Source: a virus
Taxonomy: Duplodnaviria > Heunggongvirae > Uroviricota > Caudoviricetes
Strand: one strand, 5' to 3'
DNA: 64,000 bases
IMG/VR virus record: IMGVR_UViG_3300033273_000374
Location: 1 to 64,000 of that record
The notes below the pieces were generated by a model, which worked only from the letters and a program-made list of their open reading frames with translations, had not been told where the DNA came from and ran no database searches. Below, one piece after another: positions 8,476 to 18,068 of this stretch. Every line of letters begins with the position of its first letter. Within the stretch, counting starts at the first letter, position 1. The position numbers and the translations under genes were made by a program.

Positions 8476-8990
8476 CGTGCTAATCTAAGTGCTTCCTGCA
8501 TCTCAAGCCTTGTTTTAAATGGCCCTTTATACTCATTGCGTGTTAGTGATATCAGCTTTGGACTGTATGCAGGACGCCATCCACCATTGTCAAAGTTAAC
8601 AATGTAGTAGCCTGCACAGAAAAAGCAGGTGCTTTTTTCTTGCTTGGTGTATATTGGCAGTTTGCGTTTGAGATCATATATGTCGTTGAATGGTTGTGTT
8701 TTAGCAGGATACCCATGCACTTCGTATTCTTTTTTCTCAACAGCACTGTCAACTTGTGCTTCAGCAAAGCTGATGTTTGTGAGATCACCTTTGTTCTTTA
8801 CACGAATATTCTTGTTTTTTACAGTGAGAATATACTCATCATCATAGCGTAATGTGCCAACTTTTTCGCCATTCTTTTCTACAATCCAAAACTTGTCTTG
8901 TACAATTGGCTTAGCCTCATACTGCATCATACCCTTTACCCAACCATTCTGCGTATTTTGTTGCATCATCTGCGATGCGTTTAAGTTCAT
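8472..8990 (-). CDS. hypothetical protein (172 aa)
   Basis: ORF track. Confidence 0.5.
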   Translation of the reverse strand: MNLNASQMMQQNTQNGWVKGMMQYEAKPIVQDKFWIVEKNGEKVGTLRYDDEYILTVKNKNIRVKNKGDLTNISFAEAQVDSAVEKKEYEVHGYPAKTQPFNDIYDLKRKLPIYTKQEKSTCFFCAGYYIVNFDNGGWRPAYSPKLISLTRNEYKGPFKTRLEMQEALRLAR

Positions 8991-9912
8991 ATTTTCCGCA
9001 GTACTTTAAAAACTTTGCACCTACCATAGGATGCTGTTTGCGTACTGCTTGTTCTGTGATACGTTCGTCAATGTACTGTTTAATTTCTGCAGGCTGTGCT
9101 GTAAGATCTACCAGTGTAACATTGCGATTGTAGTCATCTAACACACGATGTTCTTCACCGTTGTGATCTACCCAACGTTGCAACATCATGTTGTTCCAAT
9201 TGTACCCTTTACTTTCTCTGTCTTCATATGCTTGCAAGAGTCCAATTTTGTTTTTCGTGCCCTTCGTTCTAACACCTGGATAGGCACTAAAGACATTGTC
9301 AGTAGGATCTCCGCGCATGCACTTCTCAAACAACAACCATTTAGGGTCCGGAGCAGGCTTTGGTTCCTTTGTTTTCTTGTCCATGACGGGCCTGTTTTGA
9401 TCATCAAATATTCCTTCAATAGTAATCATGTGGTTAGCAACACCGTTGTACTGTTGCACATTCTCACTGAGTAACTGCACAAAGTCTGTGTCACTGCTGA
9501 CTATAGTATGTTTATCATCGGGGTGTCTATCAATCCAACGTGCAATCAAGTCATCTGCTTCAGCAATATCACACTGTAATACTGTGCAGTTTGTTTGCTC
9601 TGCAAGAAACACCTTAAGCTCGTCAAATGCTTCCCAAAACAGTTTGTCTTCTTCTTGTTCACGTTCAGTAAGAGCTGCACGAGCAACAGCACGATTCTTT
9701 TTGTAAGGCTCGTAGAAGTCTTTGCGCCAACTACGACCTTCTAAACAAAACACCACATGATCTGCGTTTACTTTGCGATAGGCACTGTTTACTGCACTCA
9801 TTGTCACATGAATAGCAAATCCAAGTTTAGTCCACATGTCCATGCCACGTGATGCCACATGCCTTGCTCTAAAAAATGTGTTTGCTGTATCTACTAGTAG
9901 ATAACTTGTCAT
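8917..9912 (-). CDS. rnh: T4-type RNase H / 5'-3' flap endonuclease (FEN/PIN)
   Basis: N-terminal LLVDTANTFFRA and SSDTDFVQL acidic clusters, typical of T4 RNase H and bacterial Pol I 5'-nuclease domains. Confidence 0.85.
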   Translation of the reverse strand: MTSYLLVDTANTFFRARHVASRGMDMWTKLGFAIHVTMSAVNSAYRKVNADHVVFCLEGRSWRKDFYEPYKKNRAVARAALTEREQEEDKLFWEAFDELKVFLAEQTNCTVLQCDIAEADDLIARWIDRHPDDKHTIVSSDTDFVQLLSENVQQYNGVANHMITIEGIFDDQNRPVMDKKTKEPKPAPDPKWLLFEKCMRGDPTDNVFSAYPGVRTKGTKNKIGLLQAYEDRESKGYNWNNMMLQRWVDHNGEEHRVLDDYNRNVTLVDLTAQPAEIKQYIDERITEQAVRKQHPMVGAKFLKYCGKYELKRIADDATKYAEWLGKGYDAV

Positions 9913-10667
9913 TTTATCACTCTTGGTTGTACTACACTTCGAATAGTTTTTATAGTAACATCATTTGTAGTATCTGTCAACCTTGGAAGTAGATGTTTGT
10001 ACCAGCCTATGTGTGCGTCTCTTCCATAATGATAACTGCCGTATCTCACAGGCTTGTAATTGTTTTGTGAACACCATGAATTGTAAGTGCTTGCTTCATT
10101 GTAAGGATCTATGTAACAGTTGTGCCAATCTAGTTTGTCTTGTACATGTGGTCTAAACCAACTGTATGTGTTAAAGAATAAATGGCGTATTCCTGCGCTT
10201 TGTAGCGTTGTGTGTAGGTCATATATCTTTGTGTGCCATTCCAGTTGCTTACGATCCAGTTCCTGCATTGTTTGATTTTGCACCCAGCTCTTGTACTGTT
10301 CTACTAAGTGTTGTGGCACAGAATCTGTACCACCTGCAGTTACTTGATAGTATGTTTCTCCGTCTTGCCACTCTTCTCTGTCCCAACTGGTCCAACCTAT
10401 GAGCACAAACACATCCTGTTTGCGATTGTCTTGCAGAAATTGTTGTGTTGTGCGTAGTATTCTTGCATTGCTACTACCACTTTCAGCATCCAGATAAAAC
10501 CCTGCATTTAAACTTTGTGCAAGTTTATATCCAAATGTGTGAGGTATGCAATCAGGATGTGGGCGACGTCCAAGGTGTTTGTATGTAGGATCGTCATCAG
10601 CAAATGCAAAATTTTGCTCTAGTTCAGCACCAGCAGTATGACTGTCGCCATTGACATACAATATCAT
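9909..10667 (-). CDS. SGNH/GDSL-type hydrolase-like protein
   Basis: N-terminal VNGDSHTAG block, matching the GDS(L/H) catalytic-serine motif. Confidence 0.55.
   Translation of the reverse strand: MILYVNGDSHTAGAELEQNFAFADDDPTYKHLGRRPHPDCIPHTFGYKLAQSLNAGFYLDAESGSSNARILRTTQQFLQDNRKQDVFVLIGWTSWDREEWQDGETYYQVTAGGTDSVPQHLVEQYKSWVQNQTMQELDRKQLEWHTKIYDLHTTLQSAGIRHLFFNTYSWFRPHVQDKLDWHNCYIDPYNEASTYNSWCSQNNYKPVRYGSYHYGRDAHIGWYKHLLPRLTDTTNDVTIKTIRSVVQPRVIK
9952..9980 (-). promoter_or_regulatory. sigma70-like promoter GGTTGACA-N17-TACTAT upstream of rnh
   Basis: -35 at 9975-9980. Lies inside the 3' end of the preceding ORF. Confidence 0.45.
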
Positions 10668-11041
10668 CGATATTCGCTACGCCCGTTGCCTAAATCATTG
10701 CGCTCTACCCTAGCATTAGGATCAGCCATTTCTTTTTCGTATGTTTCCATAACAACATTGCGGCATACATCTTGGAACCAACGATCTACCATGTCCTCTT
10801 CGTTTTCATCTCTGTAGCCTGCTTTGTACAGTTTTTTAATAAAGATTTCATTCCAGTCTAGTTCAAATGCACCGCTGCCCGGATTGTCAGGATCAACTTC
10901 AACACTCAGCACTGCCACATAAGCTTCACCCTTTTCTGTGGCAATTTCTTTGTCTGTTTTCTTTTTGCGTGGCTTAGATTGCGATACTTTTTTAGCAGCA
11001 CCAAGTCCAATTGCTTTTTTAGCATCATCTAGTATGCCCAT
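10664..11041 (-). CDS. hypothetical protein (125 aa)
   Basis: ORF track; overlapping stop/start with neighbour. Confidence 0.5.
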   Translation of the reverse strand: MGILDDAKKAIGLGAAKKVSQSKPRKKKTDKEIATEKGEAYVAVLSVEVDPDNPGSGAFELDWNEIFIKKLYKAGYRDENEEDMVDRWFQDVCRNVVMETYEKEMADPNARVERNDLGNGRSEYR

Positions 11042-11119
11042 TACATACCTGCCTTTCTCATTTTATCAATGTCTATTGGTTCTTTCATGGCCTTCTTGTG
11101 TGCTTCGTTAGCATAGTTT

Positions 11120-12013
11120 TTAGGTTCCCCAGGCATTTCCAAATAGGCTAATGTGGAGTCTTGGAGTAAATCTCCATCCTCTTTCCATACAGGCTTCTGC
11201 CACGTCTTTAACGTTGAGGGAATATTCTTCACTGCGTCCGCCCATTGGCATAAGGTAGACCGGACACTGGACTCCGGCGTCCCTATAAGCGTCCACAGCT
11301 CTTGCAACTTCGTTGAAATCATCCTCACTAGCGACAACAAACTTGAGATACATGTCACTACCGTCAACAAGGCTATACTCACGAGCAACAGCAGGCAAGA
11401 TAGCAGTTTCCCAAGGTTCTCCGCTAACACTAAGTTTTGGGGAACAACTCCAAGTGACTGTAAATCTGTCTTGGTCGTTGAGATAATTGAAGAAATCGTC
11501 GTGTAACTCTTGTGTAGTGTTTGTTTCAAATGTGACATTTTTCAAATCCTTCATACGTGGATGCTCAAATAAATCTATGTAGAGCTTTTGCCAAGCTAAC
11601 AAAGGCTCTCCGCCGGTTAATATTAAATGAATATCTTGACCATTGTCTTGTGTCCATTTACCATTGGGAGCAAGTGATAGCAAATGTTCAACCACTTCAT
11701 CTACTTCTGCAAGTTTATTAAAGTGTTTAAACTCTGGGTAGATACTTGCATATGTATCACACCCTGTGTGAATAATAGGCAAGTCGTTAAATTCTTTTGT
11801 AGTTTCATGTACGCCTGCATCAATAAGTGCTTTTACTTCTGCATTGTATCGCTGACCTTCTTTGTGTTGTTCCCAGCGATCTTTTTTTGTATCAACTCCA
11901 AAGTTCATACAACGGAAGTTACAACCAAATGTGCGTAAAAATACACTAGGTACTCCTACAAACTTGCCTTCGCCTTGTACACTGTAAAATGCTTCGCTGT
12001 ATCTAAGTTTCAT
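11120..12013 (-). CDS. queE: radical SAM 7-carboxy-7-deazaguanine synthase QueE
   Basis: N-terminal YSVQGEG motif and the C-x14-C-x-C cluster (FGCNFRC....) typical of QueE. Confidence 0.85.
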   Translation of the reverse strand: MKLRYSEAFYSVQGEGKFVGVPSVFLRTFGCNFRCMNFGVDTKKDRWEQHKEGQRYNAEVKALIDAGVHETTKEFNDLPIIHTGCDTYASIYPEFKHFNKLAEVDEVVEHLLSLAPNGKWTQDNGQDIHLILTGGEPLLAWQKLYIDLFEHPRMKDLKNVTFETNTTQELHDDFFNYLNDQDRFTVTWSCSPKLSVSGEPWETAILPAVAREYSLVDGSDMYLKFVVASEDDFNEVARAVDAYRDAGVQCPVYLMPMGGRSEEYSLNVKDVAEACMERGWRFTPRLHISLFGNAWGT

Positions 12014-12071
12014 TTGTGGCTTCCTATTAACTGCTTCATACGATGGATAACCTTTTTCATATACTGGTCAT

Positions 12072-12914
12072 TCAAACGTCTGTTTCATAGATTAATTCTC
12101 TTAATTGTGTTGTTGTTTTGGGCCATTCATTTAGTCCATAACATTTTATTTCATAACCTTCAATTCTAAGTCTGCGTTGCATGTCTGCTTCATCTAATAA
12201 AGATAAGTCTTTCATTTCTATGTTAATATTGTTTATTGTAGCATAAACAAGTTCTTTAATCAATCTATCTTTGTACAAATAAGGTTCGTTGGCTAACCAG
12301 TCTTTACCTAATACTTCTATCTCTTCTGTAGATCGAACAACATCTAGATCTAAAAATTTAGCCATAGATCGAAATGAGGTTACAAAATTATCTCTTATCC
12401 AATTGATAGGAAATTTAAAAACACGGTCGTTGTTGTAGTTTACAATTTGTTCATAACCGCCTTCTGAGTTGTGTTGATTGTACCACCACAGACTTAACCA
12501 TTCCCTTTGCTCCCAAATATCGTCACCTTCCCATTGAGACAGAGCATTTTCACGATCTTGTGCAACACCTTGATTTTTAGTGTAAAACCCAATTTTGTAA
12601 AATTTATTACTAGCATTCCATAGGTAATCATTTGGTTCTGGATATAGTAGAACAATTTTATCATATACACCTAGTACTTTTTTTATTTGAACTATTATGT
12701 CATCACTTTGTGTACGCACAGGGTGTACATGTGAATTTGAGATAGGTTGAATTAAAGCCTCATCTACAGTTTCAAATTGAATTAAATCATTGTTGTGACT
12801 AGTATGTCTAGCAGTAAATGGTCTTTGTTCAACTGGATATCTGCCTGTCATCCAATCAATGCACCATCCAGTAAACGATCCGTAACTACCAGCGTTATAT
12901 ACAATTATATGCAT
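12072..12914 (-). CDS. paralog A of a tandem pair; P-loop/sulfotransferase-like N-terminal motif (NAGSYGSFTGW)
   Basis: 280 aa. The last ~25 residues (...GYEIKCYGLNEWPKTTTQLRELIYE..) are nearly identical to paralog B at the nucleotide level. Confidence 0.6.
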   Translation of the reverse strand: MHIIVYNAGSYGSFTGWCIDWMTGRYPVEQRPFTARHTSHNNDLIQFETVDEALIQPISNSHVHPVRTQSDDIIVQIKKVLGVYDKIVLLYPEPNDYLWNASNKFYKIGFYTKNQGVAQDRENALSQWEGDDIWEQREWLSLWWYNQHNSEGGYEQIVNYNNDRVFKFPINWIRDNFVTSFRSMAKFLDLDVVRSTEEIEVLGKDWLANEPYLYKDRLIKELVYATINNINIEMKDLSLLDEADMQRRLRIEGYEIKCYGLNEWPKTTTQLRELIYETDV

Positions 12915-12931
12915 TATTCGTTGCTGAATCT

Positions 12932-13116
12932 TTCTTTGTGTTGTTCCCAGCGATCTTTTTTTGTATCAACTCCAAAGTTCATACAACTGCTTCATACGAT
13001 GGATAACCTTTTTCATATACTTGCCATTCAAATGTTTGCTTCATAAATTAACTCTCTCAGTTGTGTTGTTGTTTTGGGCCATTCATTTAGTCCATAACAT
13101 TTTATTTCATAACCTT
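12932..13116. repeat. 185-bp duplicate of 11858-11913 (queE codons ~35-52) joined to 12032-12160 (paralog 3' end and flank)
   Basis: Direct comparison of the two regions. A 118-bp stretch (queE 5' end and start codon) present at the first locus is absent from this copy. Confidence 0.8.
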
Positions 13117-13882
13117 TGTTCCGTAATTGGCGTTGTATTTGACTTTCGTCAATCAACGATAATCCATCCATAAACAAATTTTTATTATTGATTATAGCAT
13201 CAACTAGATCAGAAATCAATTTATCTTTGTTAACAAATATTTCTCGTTGTAACCAGTCTCTGTAAAGACTGTTGATTTCATCGCTGTTGCGTACTACTTC
13301 TAGTTCTAACCAATTTGCTATGTCGCACACTGTAAATTGAAAATTATCTCTTATGTTACTTATTGGCACAGTTTTAACATATTGTTTGTTAAGATTGTTT
13401 ACCTCATTAATACCTGACCCAACTACAAATATATCATGTAACAAAAAACTAAGTTGTTCTCTTAACTCCCATAAATTGGTGCCTTCCCATTTGTCCTCGT
13501 TTACTTTAAGCATATCTTTTATGTATTGCTTGTTGAACAAACCATTTTTGCTTGCTTTTGAATTACAGTTATTCATAATCCAAATAAAATTATCTAACTT
13601 GGGATACAAATAGAGGACTTTATCGTATACAGTGTGTAAAAGTTCAATTTGTGACTGTAATGATTGTACACCTTCATACATTGGATGCACCAATATTCCG
13701 TTGTGAGCTAATTCACATGCTTTTTCAACAGTTTTAGGATGTATCCTAGTCCATCCATGACTATTGAATACAGTGTTACCTACAAATGGTCTATAATCAA
13801 CAGGATATTTTCCTTGTAACCATTCAAGGGTCCATCCAATAAAATTTCCGTATGCACCAGCTGGGAATGCCACAACGTACAT
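13028..13882 (-). CDS. paralog B of the tandem pair (PAGAYGNFIGW N-terminal motif)
   Basis: 284 aa. Moderate similarity to paralog A through the body; identical C-terminus. Confidence 0.6.
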   Translation of the reverse strand: MYVVAFPAGAYGNFIGWTLEWLQGKYPVDYRPFVGNTVFNSHGWTRIHPKTVEKACELAHNGILVHPMYEGVQSLQSQIELLHTVYDKVLYLYPKLDNFIWIMNNCNSKASKNGLFNKQYIKDMLKVNEDKWEGTNLWELREQLSFLLHDIFVVGSGINEVNNLNKQYVKTVPISNIRDNFQFTVCDIANWLELEVVRNSDEINSLYRDWLQREIFVNKDKLISDLVDAIINNKNLFMDGLSLIDESQIQRQLRNKGYEIKCYGLNEWPKTTTQLRELIYEANI

Positions 13883-14361
13883 TATAATTCAGTAAGTGTT
13901 TCTTTGCGTGTGAACCATGGTGTAAAGATTGCACTGTTTGCACCATGTTCGCTACATTCGCAACTTTCGCAACTTACACGGCCATCTGTTTGTTCACGCA
14001 CCAATTGATCTGCAAATCGCCATGCATGCTCTGCAAACTTCTCCGCACCAACACCATCTAGTATGGTAAGTTGAGCAAGTCCTTTTGCTTCTAGTTCTTT
14101 GAGATCATCTAGTTTAGGATCTGCACTGTCCAGTACAACCTTGTGATCAAATGTATCTTCAAGCCATTGTTTAAGTGGCTTGAGTCCTCCAAAGTCTTGT
14201 ACCCAGTTGCGATGATCAAGATCACTTGCAGCAAATACAAATTTAAATGCTAGACTGTAGCCATGTAAGAACCTGCAGTGTGAATGATCTGCATGTGGTT
14301 GACGAAACACTGCACTGAGTCCAATGTTGTGTCCATATGTTTTTGTTGAATAATGCGGCAT
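13882..14361 (-). CDS. queD: 6-carboxy-5,6,7,8-tetrahydropterin synthase QueD (PTPS family)
   Basis: CxxxHGH-type motif (HSHCRFLHGYS). T-fold size 159 aa. Confidence 0.8.
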   Translation of the reverse strand: MPHYSTKTYGHNIGLSAVFRQPHADHSHCRFLHGYSLAFKFVFAASDLDHRNWVQDFGGLKPLKQWLEDTFDHKVVLDSADPKLDDLKELEAKGLAQLTILDGVGAEKFAEHAWRFADQLVREQTDGRVSCESCECSEHGANSAIFTPWFTRKETLTEL

Positions 14362-14428
14362 AGCGGCCTACTCCTTTTGATGTAGGTCGGAATGTTTAAA
14401 GACGGACGATCCTATGACGTCTATGAGT

Positions 14429-14457
14429 ATTGTACACTTATTTAGACGGTTTTGCAA
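14429..14457 (-). promoter_or_regulatory. sigma70-like promoter TTGCAA-N17-TACAAT upstream of queD
   Basis: -35 at 14452-14457, -10 at 14429-14434. An AAAAGGAG SD precedes the ATG at 14361. Confidence 0.5.
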
Positions 14458-15007
14458 GTTTTTTCTCAAGAATATCTGTTTTTACTGCTTGGAATGCCAT
14501 AACACTACGCATTTCTTTGCATCTACGCTGTGGACCTTTTCCAATGTGTGGAATGCTGCTATCAAACACTACCAACTTGCGAGGAACATACACACTGGCT
14601 CTTACTAAATCGTCAAAGTAGAAAACAGTTTCTCCGCCCCAATTGAGTTCCCAAGTTTTGTCTGTGTACAGCACACCAGTTATGCTTTCTCCTGCACTTG
14701 GCCAATCTGTGTGGATATCACCATCTAACCCAAATGTGTTTGCACTGGCCATGTTACGCACCATGGTGTAACTGTCATCGCAAAACTGCTCCATAAAACG
14801 ATTGCCAAGAGTCTGTACAATGTCAGGGGCACTCTCATGGTAGTCACGTTCTTTAAGATAATAAAAGCCTTGGAACCACTGTGGGTAATTGGGTTCAATT
14901 TTGTTGTCACTGACTTGACCAAACTGCCAGCGGTTTGCATACACTACATGAAAAAACAGTTCTTTTTGTTCTTCTTCTGTTATCCAGTCCATGTGTTCTT
15001 CAAGCAT
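14438..15007 (-). CDS. Fe(II)/2-oxoglutarate-dependent oxygenase-like protein
   Basis: HxD...H arrangement (DIHTDW ... GGETVFY ... IPHIGKG). Confidence 0.5.
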   Translation of the reverse strand: MLEEHMDWITEEEQKELFFHVVYANRWQFGQVSDNKIEPNYPQWFQGFYYLKERDYHESAPDIVQTLGNRFMEQFCDDSYTMVRNMASANTFGLDGDIHTDWPSAGESITGVLYTDKTWELNWGGETVFYFDDLVRASVYVPRKLVVFDSSIPHIGKGPQRRCKEMRSVMAFQAVKTDILEKKLAKPSK

Positions 15008-15752
15008 CTGTTCTTACCCTTTTGTTGTATTCTACTGCTTCTTTGAGTATGCTCAATAGATTGGGATCATACTGTTTGGCTGTATACAATATTGCACTGG
15101 TATCTTTTGGTAAACAGTGTCCACCCCATCCACGCTCTTTGGTAACATAACTGTGGTCATCTAAAATGCGTTTATCAACACACAAGTGGTGCCTTACTTG
15201 ATCAAAATCTACACCTAATGTTTCACACAAGTCGTACATTTGGTTAAAGAAACTGACCTTTAGAGCAAGGAAACTATTTTCCATATACTTGATAACTATT
15301 GCTTCTCGCATGGTTGATTCATACGTTGCTAGAGCAGGCCATTTCTCTTTAAACATGTTGATCCAAAACTTTGTGTCGCCACCTCCCATTATAGCATACT
15401 CTTGATTTTCAAAATCCTCTATTGCTGTTGCGCCACGTAAGAACTCCGGCGAGAACGTTATTTTGTCACGATGCTTGAATTTTTCATAACATTCTAAACT
15501 AAAGGTGCTTTTAATTAGCACCGGAACATCCTCATCAACAGCTTCAAGTACTTCTATCACATTGTCGTAATTACACGATCCGTCTTCGCGTTCAGGTGTG
15601 CTTACTGCAATCACAACTGCGTCATATGCACTTTTGGTTGATGATAACGTGTGTCCTTGATCAGGATCAATTATGTCAAAATGATGCAGATCTTTGAATG
15701 CATGGAAAAATGCTTTACCTACGTACCCATAACCGTATAATCTTATCTTCAA
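15000..15752 (-). CDS. short (250 aa) UDP-glucose/GDP-mannose dehydrogenase-family protein
   Basis: N-terminal Rossmann GYGYVGKAF and catalytic-Cys motif GWGGHCLPKDT. Lacks the C-terminal UDP-binding domain length. Confidence 0.55.
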   Translation of the reverse strand: MKIRLYGYGYVGKAFFHAFKDLHHFDIIDPDQGHTLSSTKSAYDAVVIAVSTPEREDGSCNYDNVIEVLEAVDEDVPVLIKSTFSLECYEKFKHRDKITFSPEFLRGATAIEDFENQEYAIMGGGDTKFWINMFKEKWPALATYESTMREAIVIKYMENSFLALKVSFFNQMYDLCETLGVDFDQVRHHLCVDKRILDDHSYVTKERGWGGHCLPKDTSAILYTAKQYDPNLLSILKEAVEYNKRVRTDA

Positions 15753-15949
15753 GATCGGGCACCTTTCTTAGCACGTTCAAATTGTCTTTCACGCAACATT
15801 TCAATACCATCTAATTGTTCGTCTTCACTTAGATGTCTCCATCCTCGTATCTCTTCAGGTGTTCTACCACAACCTAAACAGTATCCGTCATCGCCTTGTG
15901 TGCATACTTGTATACACGGTGAATATTTTGCTTTGGGCATTACCACCAC
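15749..15949 (-). CDS. DUF1289-like small Cys-rich (putative Fe-S) protein
   Basis: SPCIQVC...GYCLGCGRTPEEIRGW pattern. Confidence 0.5.
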   Translation of the reverse strand: MVVMPKAKYSPCIQVCTQGDDGYCLGCGRTPEEIRGWRHLSEDEQLDGIEMLRERQFERAKKGARS

Positions 15950-16524
15950 TCCTCATATGGAAATACAACCCATGTGTCGTCTTCAGCTTTGTTAATTTCA
16001 ATGCTGGTATAATCTACATCAAATGGGCTTGCAATGTTATTTACTATACTTGCAAACCTTACACTATGATGCCAAACTTTTTTCCATTGTGGATCACTGG
16101 GCAAACAGTGTGCCTGCCAATCATCTTTTATCCACTGGAATGTTGCTCCGGTGTCATTGATATCGTCTAGTAATAAAATGTTTGGAGGGTCCTTTTTAAA
16201 ATGACCCATTGCTGGATCATAGTAATCATTTTGTTCATACCCAAATGCATCTGCTGCCATCCAAAGTGCATGTTCTGGGCTGTTTTCAGAGTCTCGCAAA
16301 CGTACATCAATTGTTTCCATGCGTATGCCTGTGTAATGACTCATCAGCACTGCTGGCACAAGCCCGCCACGTGTGATGCCTACAATGTAGTTGGGCGTCC
16401 AGTTATCCTTATACATTTGGCGCACAATATCATGCACACCTTTTTTGATTTGTTCATCTGTTAGATACAGTTTGTTAGTCATTGATTGTCTTCCCATGTG
16501 GTGCTGGTTTTCCATCTGGACCAA
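15940..16524 (-). CDS. type I purine phosphoribosyltransferase (HGPRT/XGPRT-like); likely start at MTNKLYL (16482)
   Basis: PRPP-binding motif ILLLDDINDTGATF. The upstream thioesterase stop at 16475 favours the internal ATG at 16480-16482. Confidence 0.7.
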   Translation of the reverse strand: MVQMENQHHMGRQSMTNKLYLTDEQIKKGVHDIVRQMYKDNWTPNYIVGITRGGLVPAVLMSHYTGIRMETIDVRLRDSENSPEHALWMAADAFGYEQNDYYDPAMGHFKKDPPNILLLDDINDTGATFQWIKDDWQAHCLPSDPQWKKVWHHSVRFASIVNNIASPFDVDYTSIEINKAEDDTWVVFPYEEWW

Positions 16525-16840
16525 GATTTACAAACGTTATTCTATCAACACTTGTAATGGTTTTTTCTGTGCGTTTGTTTCTTACATCACAACTGATAGT
16601 GATGCTTGTGTTACCAAACTCTACTACTTCCATGCCTATTTCAATAATATCGCCTCTGATAGCACTGTGTGCAAAGTCAATATTACTCATACTGCGTGTT
16701 ACCACCCTGTCATTGTCTAGTTGGCAACTACAATATATGTATGCTTCTTCGTCTATCCAGTCAAGCACACGACCACCAAACAGTGTTCCGTTACTGTTCA
16801 AGTCCTTGTGTGCTATCATTTTTCTTGTAAAGTATTTCAA
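16475..16840 (-). CDS. hotdog-fold acyl-CoA thioesterase (YbgC/YciA-like)
   Basis: HKDLNSNGTLFGGRVLDWIDEEA consensus of 4HBT-type thioesterases. Confidence 0.7.
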   Translation of the reverse strand: MKYFTRKMIAHKDLNSNGTLFGGRVLDWIDEEAYIYCSCQLDNDRVVTRSMSNIDFAHSAIRGDIIEIGMEVVEFGNTSITISCDVRNKRTEKTITSVDRITFVNLGPDGKPAPHGKTIND

Positions 16841-17024
16841 GTTCTTCCCTCAGTTGTTTCACTCTGTGTTCCATCCAATGAATAGAGGTGTGTATGTAAC
16901 CTGTGTCATGTGGACGCAAACAGGTCTTTGCATACTCTATCTCTTCTTGCAATGCAATAATTTTTGCTGGCTTACTAATCACTTTGATTTCTCTATGCTT
17001 ACCATTGGATTCATTTTCATCCAC
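16791..17024 (-). CDS. hypothetical protein (77 aa); its C-terminal half is repeated at 18282-18422
   Basis: ORF track plus the repeat comparison. Confidence 0.4.
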   Translation of the reverse strand: MDENESNGKHREIKVISKPAKIIALQEEIEYAKTCLRPHDTGYIHTSIHWMEHRVKQLREELEILYKKNDSTQGLEQ

Positions 17025-17110
17025 TCTTCATAATCCTCGTGTGGCATATAGTATGCAAGTACGACATGCCAAGCCTTCATGATTTCCTGCTCAAGATCAA
17101 GGCGTTTCAT
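16942..17110. repeat. repeat block copy 1 (R1 16942-17001, R2 17001-17059, R3 17066-17110), matching 18382-18441, 17864-17922 and 18241-18285
   Basis: Near-identical 45-60-bp segments read directly from the sequence. Confidence 0.8.
16979..17110 (-). CDS. 43-aa ORF, a chimera of the N-terminus of the 18043-18285 product and the C-terminus of the 17838-18068 product
   Basis: Hand translation: MKRLDLEQEIMKAWHVVLAYYMPHEDYEEWMKMNPMVSIEKSK. Not in the ORF track (below 60 aa). Confidence 0.3.
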   Translation of the reverse strand: MKRLDLEQEIMKAWHVVLAYYMPHEDYEEWMKMNPMVSIEKSK

Positions 17111-17522
17111 TTTTTTTCTTCACCATTTCTCCATCACGAACAACGTACCTATGAACTGGATGCATTCCAGATTTGATATATGCACGACCGCCGTCAATCA
17201 TATTACCGTTCTCAAACTGTTTATAATCGTGGCGATGAGCACTGTACTGTAGGTTGCCATCGTCATCTTCTACAAGACCAAACTCTGGTTGCTCGATACG
17301 ATCAGCATTAGTAATCATAAGATTGCCAGTAAACGGATTGTTATAGAGTCCAAAATAACGATTACCAAATCTTGGATGCGGAGTCTCTCTGTAAAAGATA
17401 TCCATTGCCTGTGCTTCGTCTCCTAATGCACTGGTACAGACATAGTTAATAGGAACACCATCTTTATTGCTGTAGTGTTCGCAAATCTTATCAGTATCAA
17501 ATTGTGGTTCGTGTTTAATCAT
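17097..17522 (-). CDS. hypothetical protein (141 aa)
   Basis: ORF track. Confidence 0.5.
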   Translation of the reverse strand: MIKHEPQFDTDKICEHYSNKDGVPINYVCTSALGDEAQAMDIFYRETPHPRFGNRYFGLYNNPFTGNLMITNADRIEQPEFGLVEDDDGNLQYSAHRHDYKQFENGNMIDGGRAYIKSGMHPVHRYVVRDGEMVKKKNETP

Positions 17523-17845
17523 TTAATAATCCAATCCATAGACATCCAGTCTGTTTCTTCCGGCATCATTTCAACTAGGTCTCCGTGCTGTTTCTTGAAC
17601 TGATTCCAGACATAAGCATTGTTATTGCGTAGAGTATAACTTTCTTTATGGCAACTGTAACAACTTCCGCTTGATCCATAGAAATTAAAACGGTCACCAG
17701 CATCCTCTACACGAGTAATCCCGCTGTTCATACGCCAACTGTCGCCAGTAGTGTATCCACCACTCCAACCAGCAAGAACACGGTAATGCGGATCATCACT
17801 TTTAATTTTAATAACTACCCAATTATCTGGGTTATAATCAGTCAT
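17519..17845 (-). CDS. hypothetical protein (108 aa)
   Basis: ORF track. Confidence 0.5.
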   Translation of the reverse strand: MTDYNPDNWVVIKIKSDDPHYRVLAGWSGGYTTGDSWRMNSGITRVEDAGDRFNFYGSSGSCYSCHKESYTLRNNNAYVWNQFKKQHGDLVEMMPEETDWMSMDWIIK

Positions 17846-18068
17846 CTTCTTTCACCATTGGATTCATTTTCATCCACTCTTCATAATCCTCATGCGGCAT
17901 ATAGTATGCAAGCACAGTTTGAATTGCCTTGAGCAACTCAAAGTCTGGCTCAAGAACATCATTTGAACAGTTAATCCTATCAAACTGATTATTCATATGA
18001 TAAGCATCTTTCAGCTCATCAATGACAACTTCATCGCAATCTTCAACTCTTAGTGAAATCGTTTTCAT
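17838..18068 (-). CDS. hypothetical acidic protein (76 aa)
   Basis: ORF track. Confidence 0.45.
   Translation of the reverse strand: MKTISLRVEDCDEVVIDELKDAYHMNNQFDRINCSNDVLEPDFELLKAIQTVLAYYMPHEDYEEWMKMNPMVKEDD

Noticed and set aside
11041-11538. Minus-strand ORF 11041-11538 (165 aa) and plus-strand 11153-11506
   Set aside because: They overlap the well-supported queE gene for about 400 bp in another frame. Shadow ORFs.
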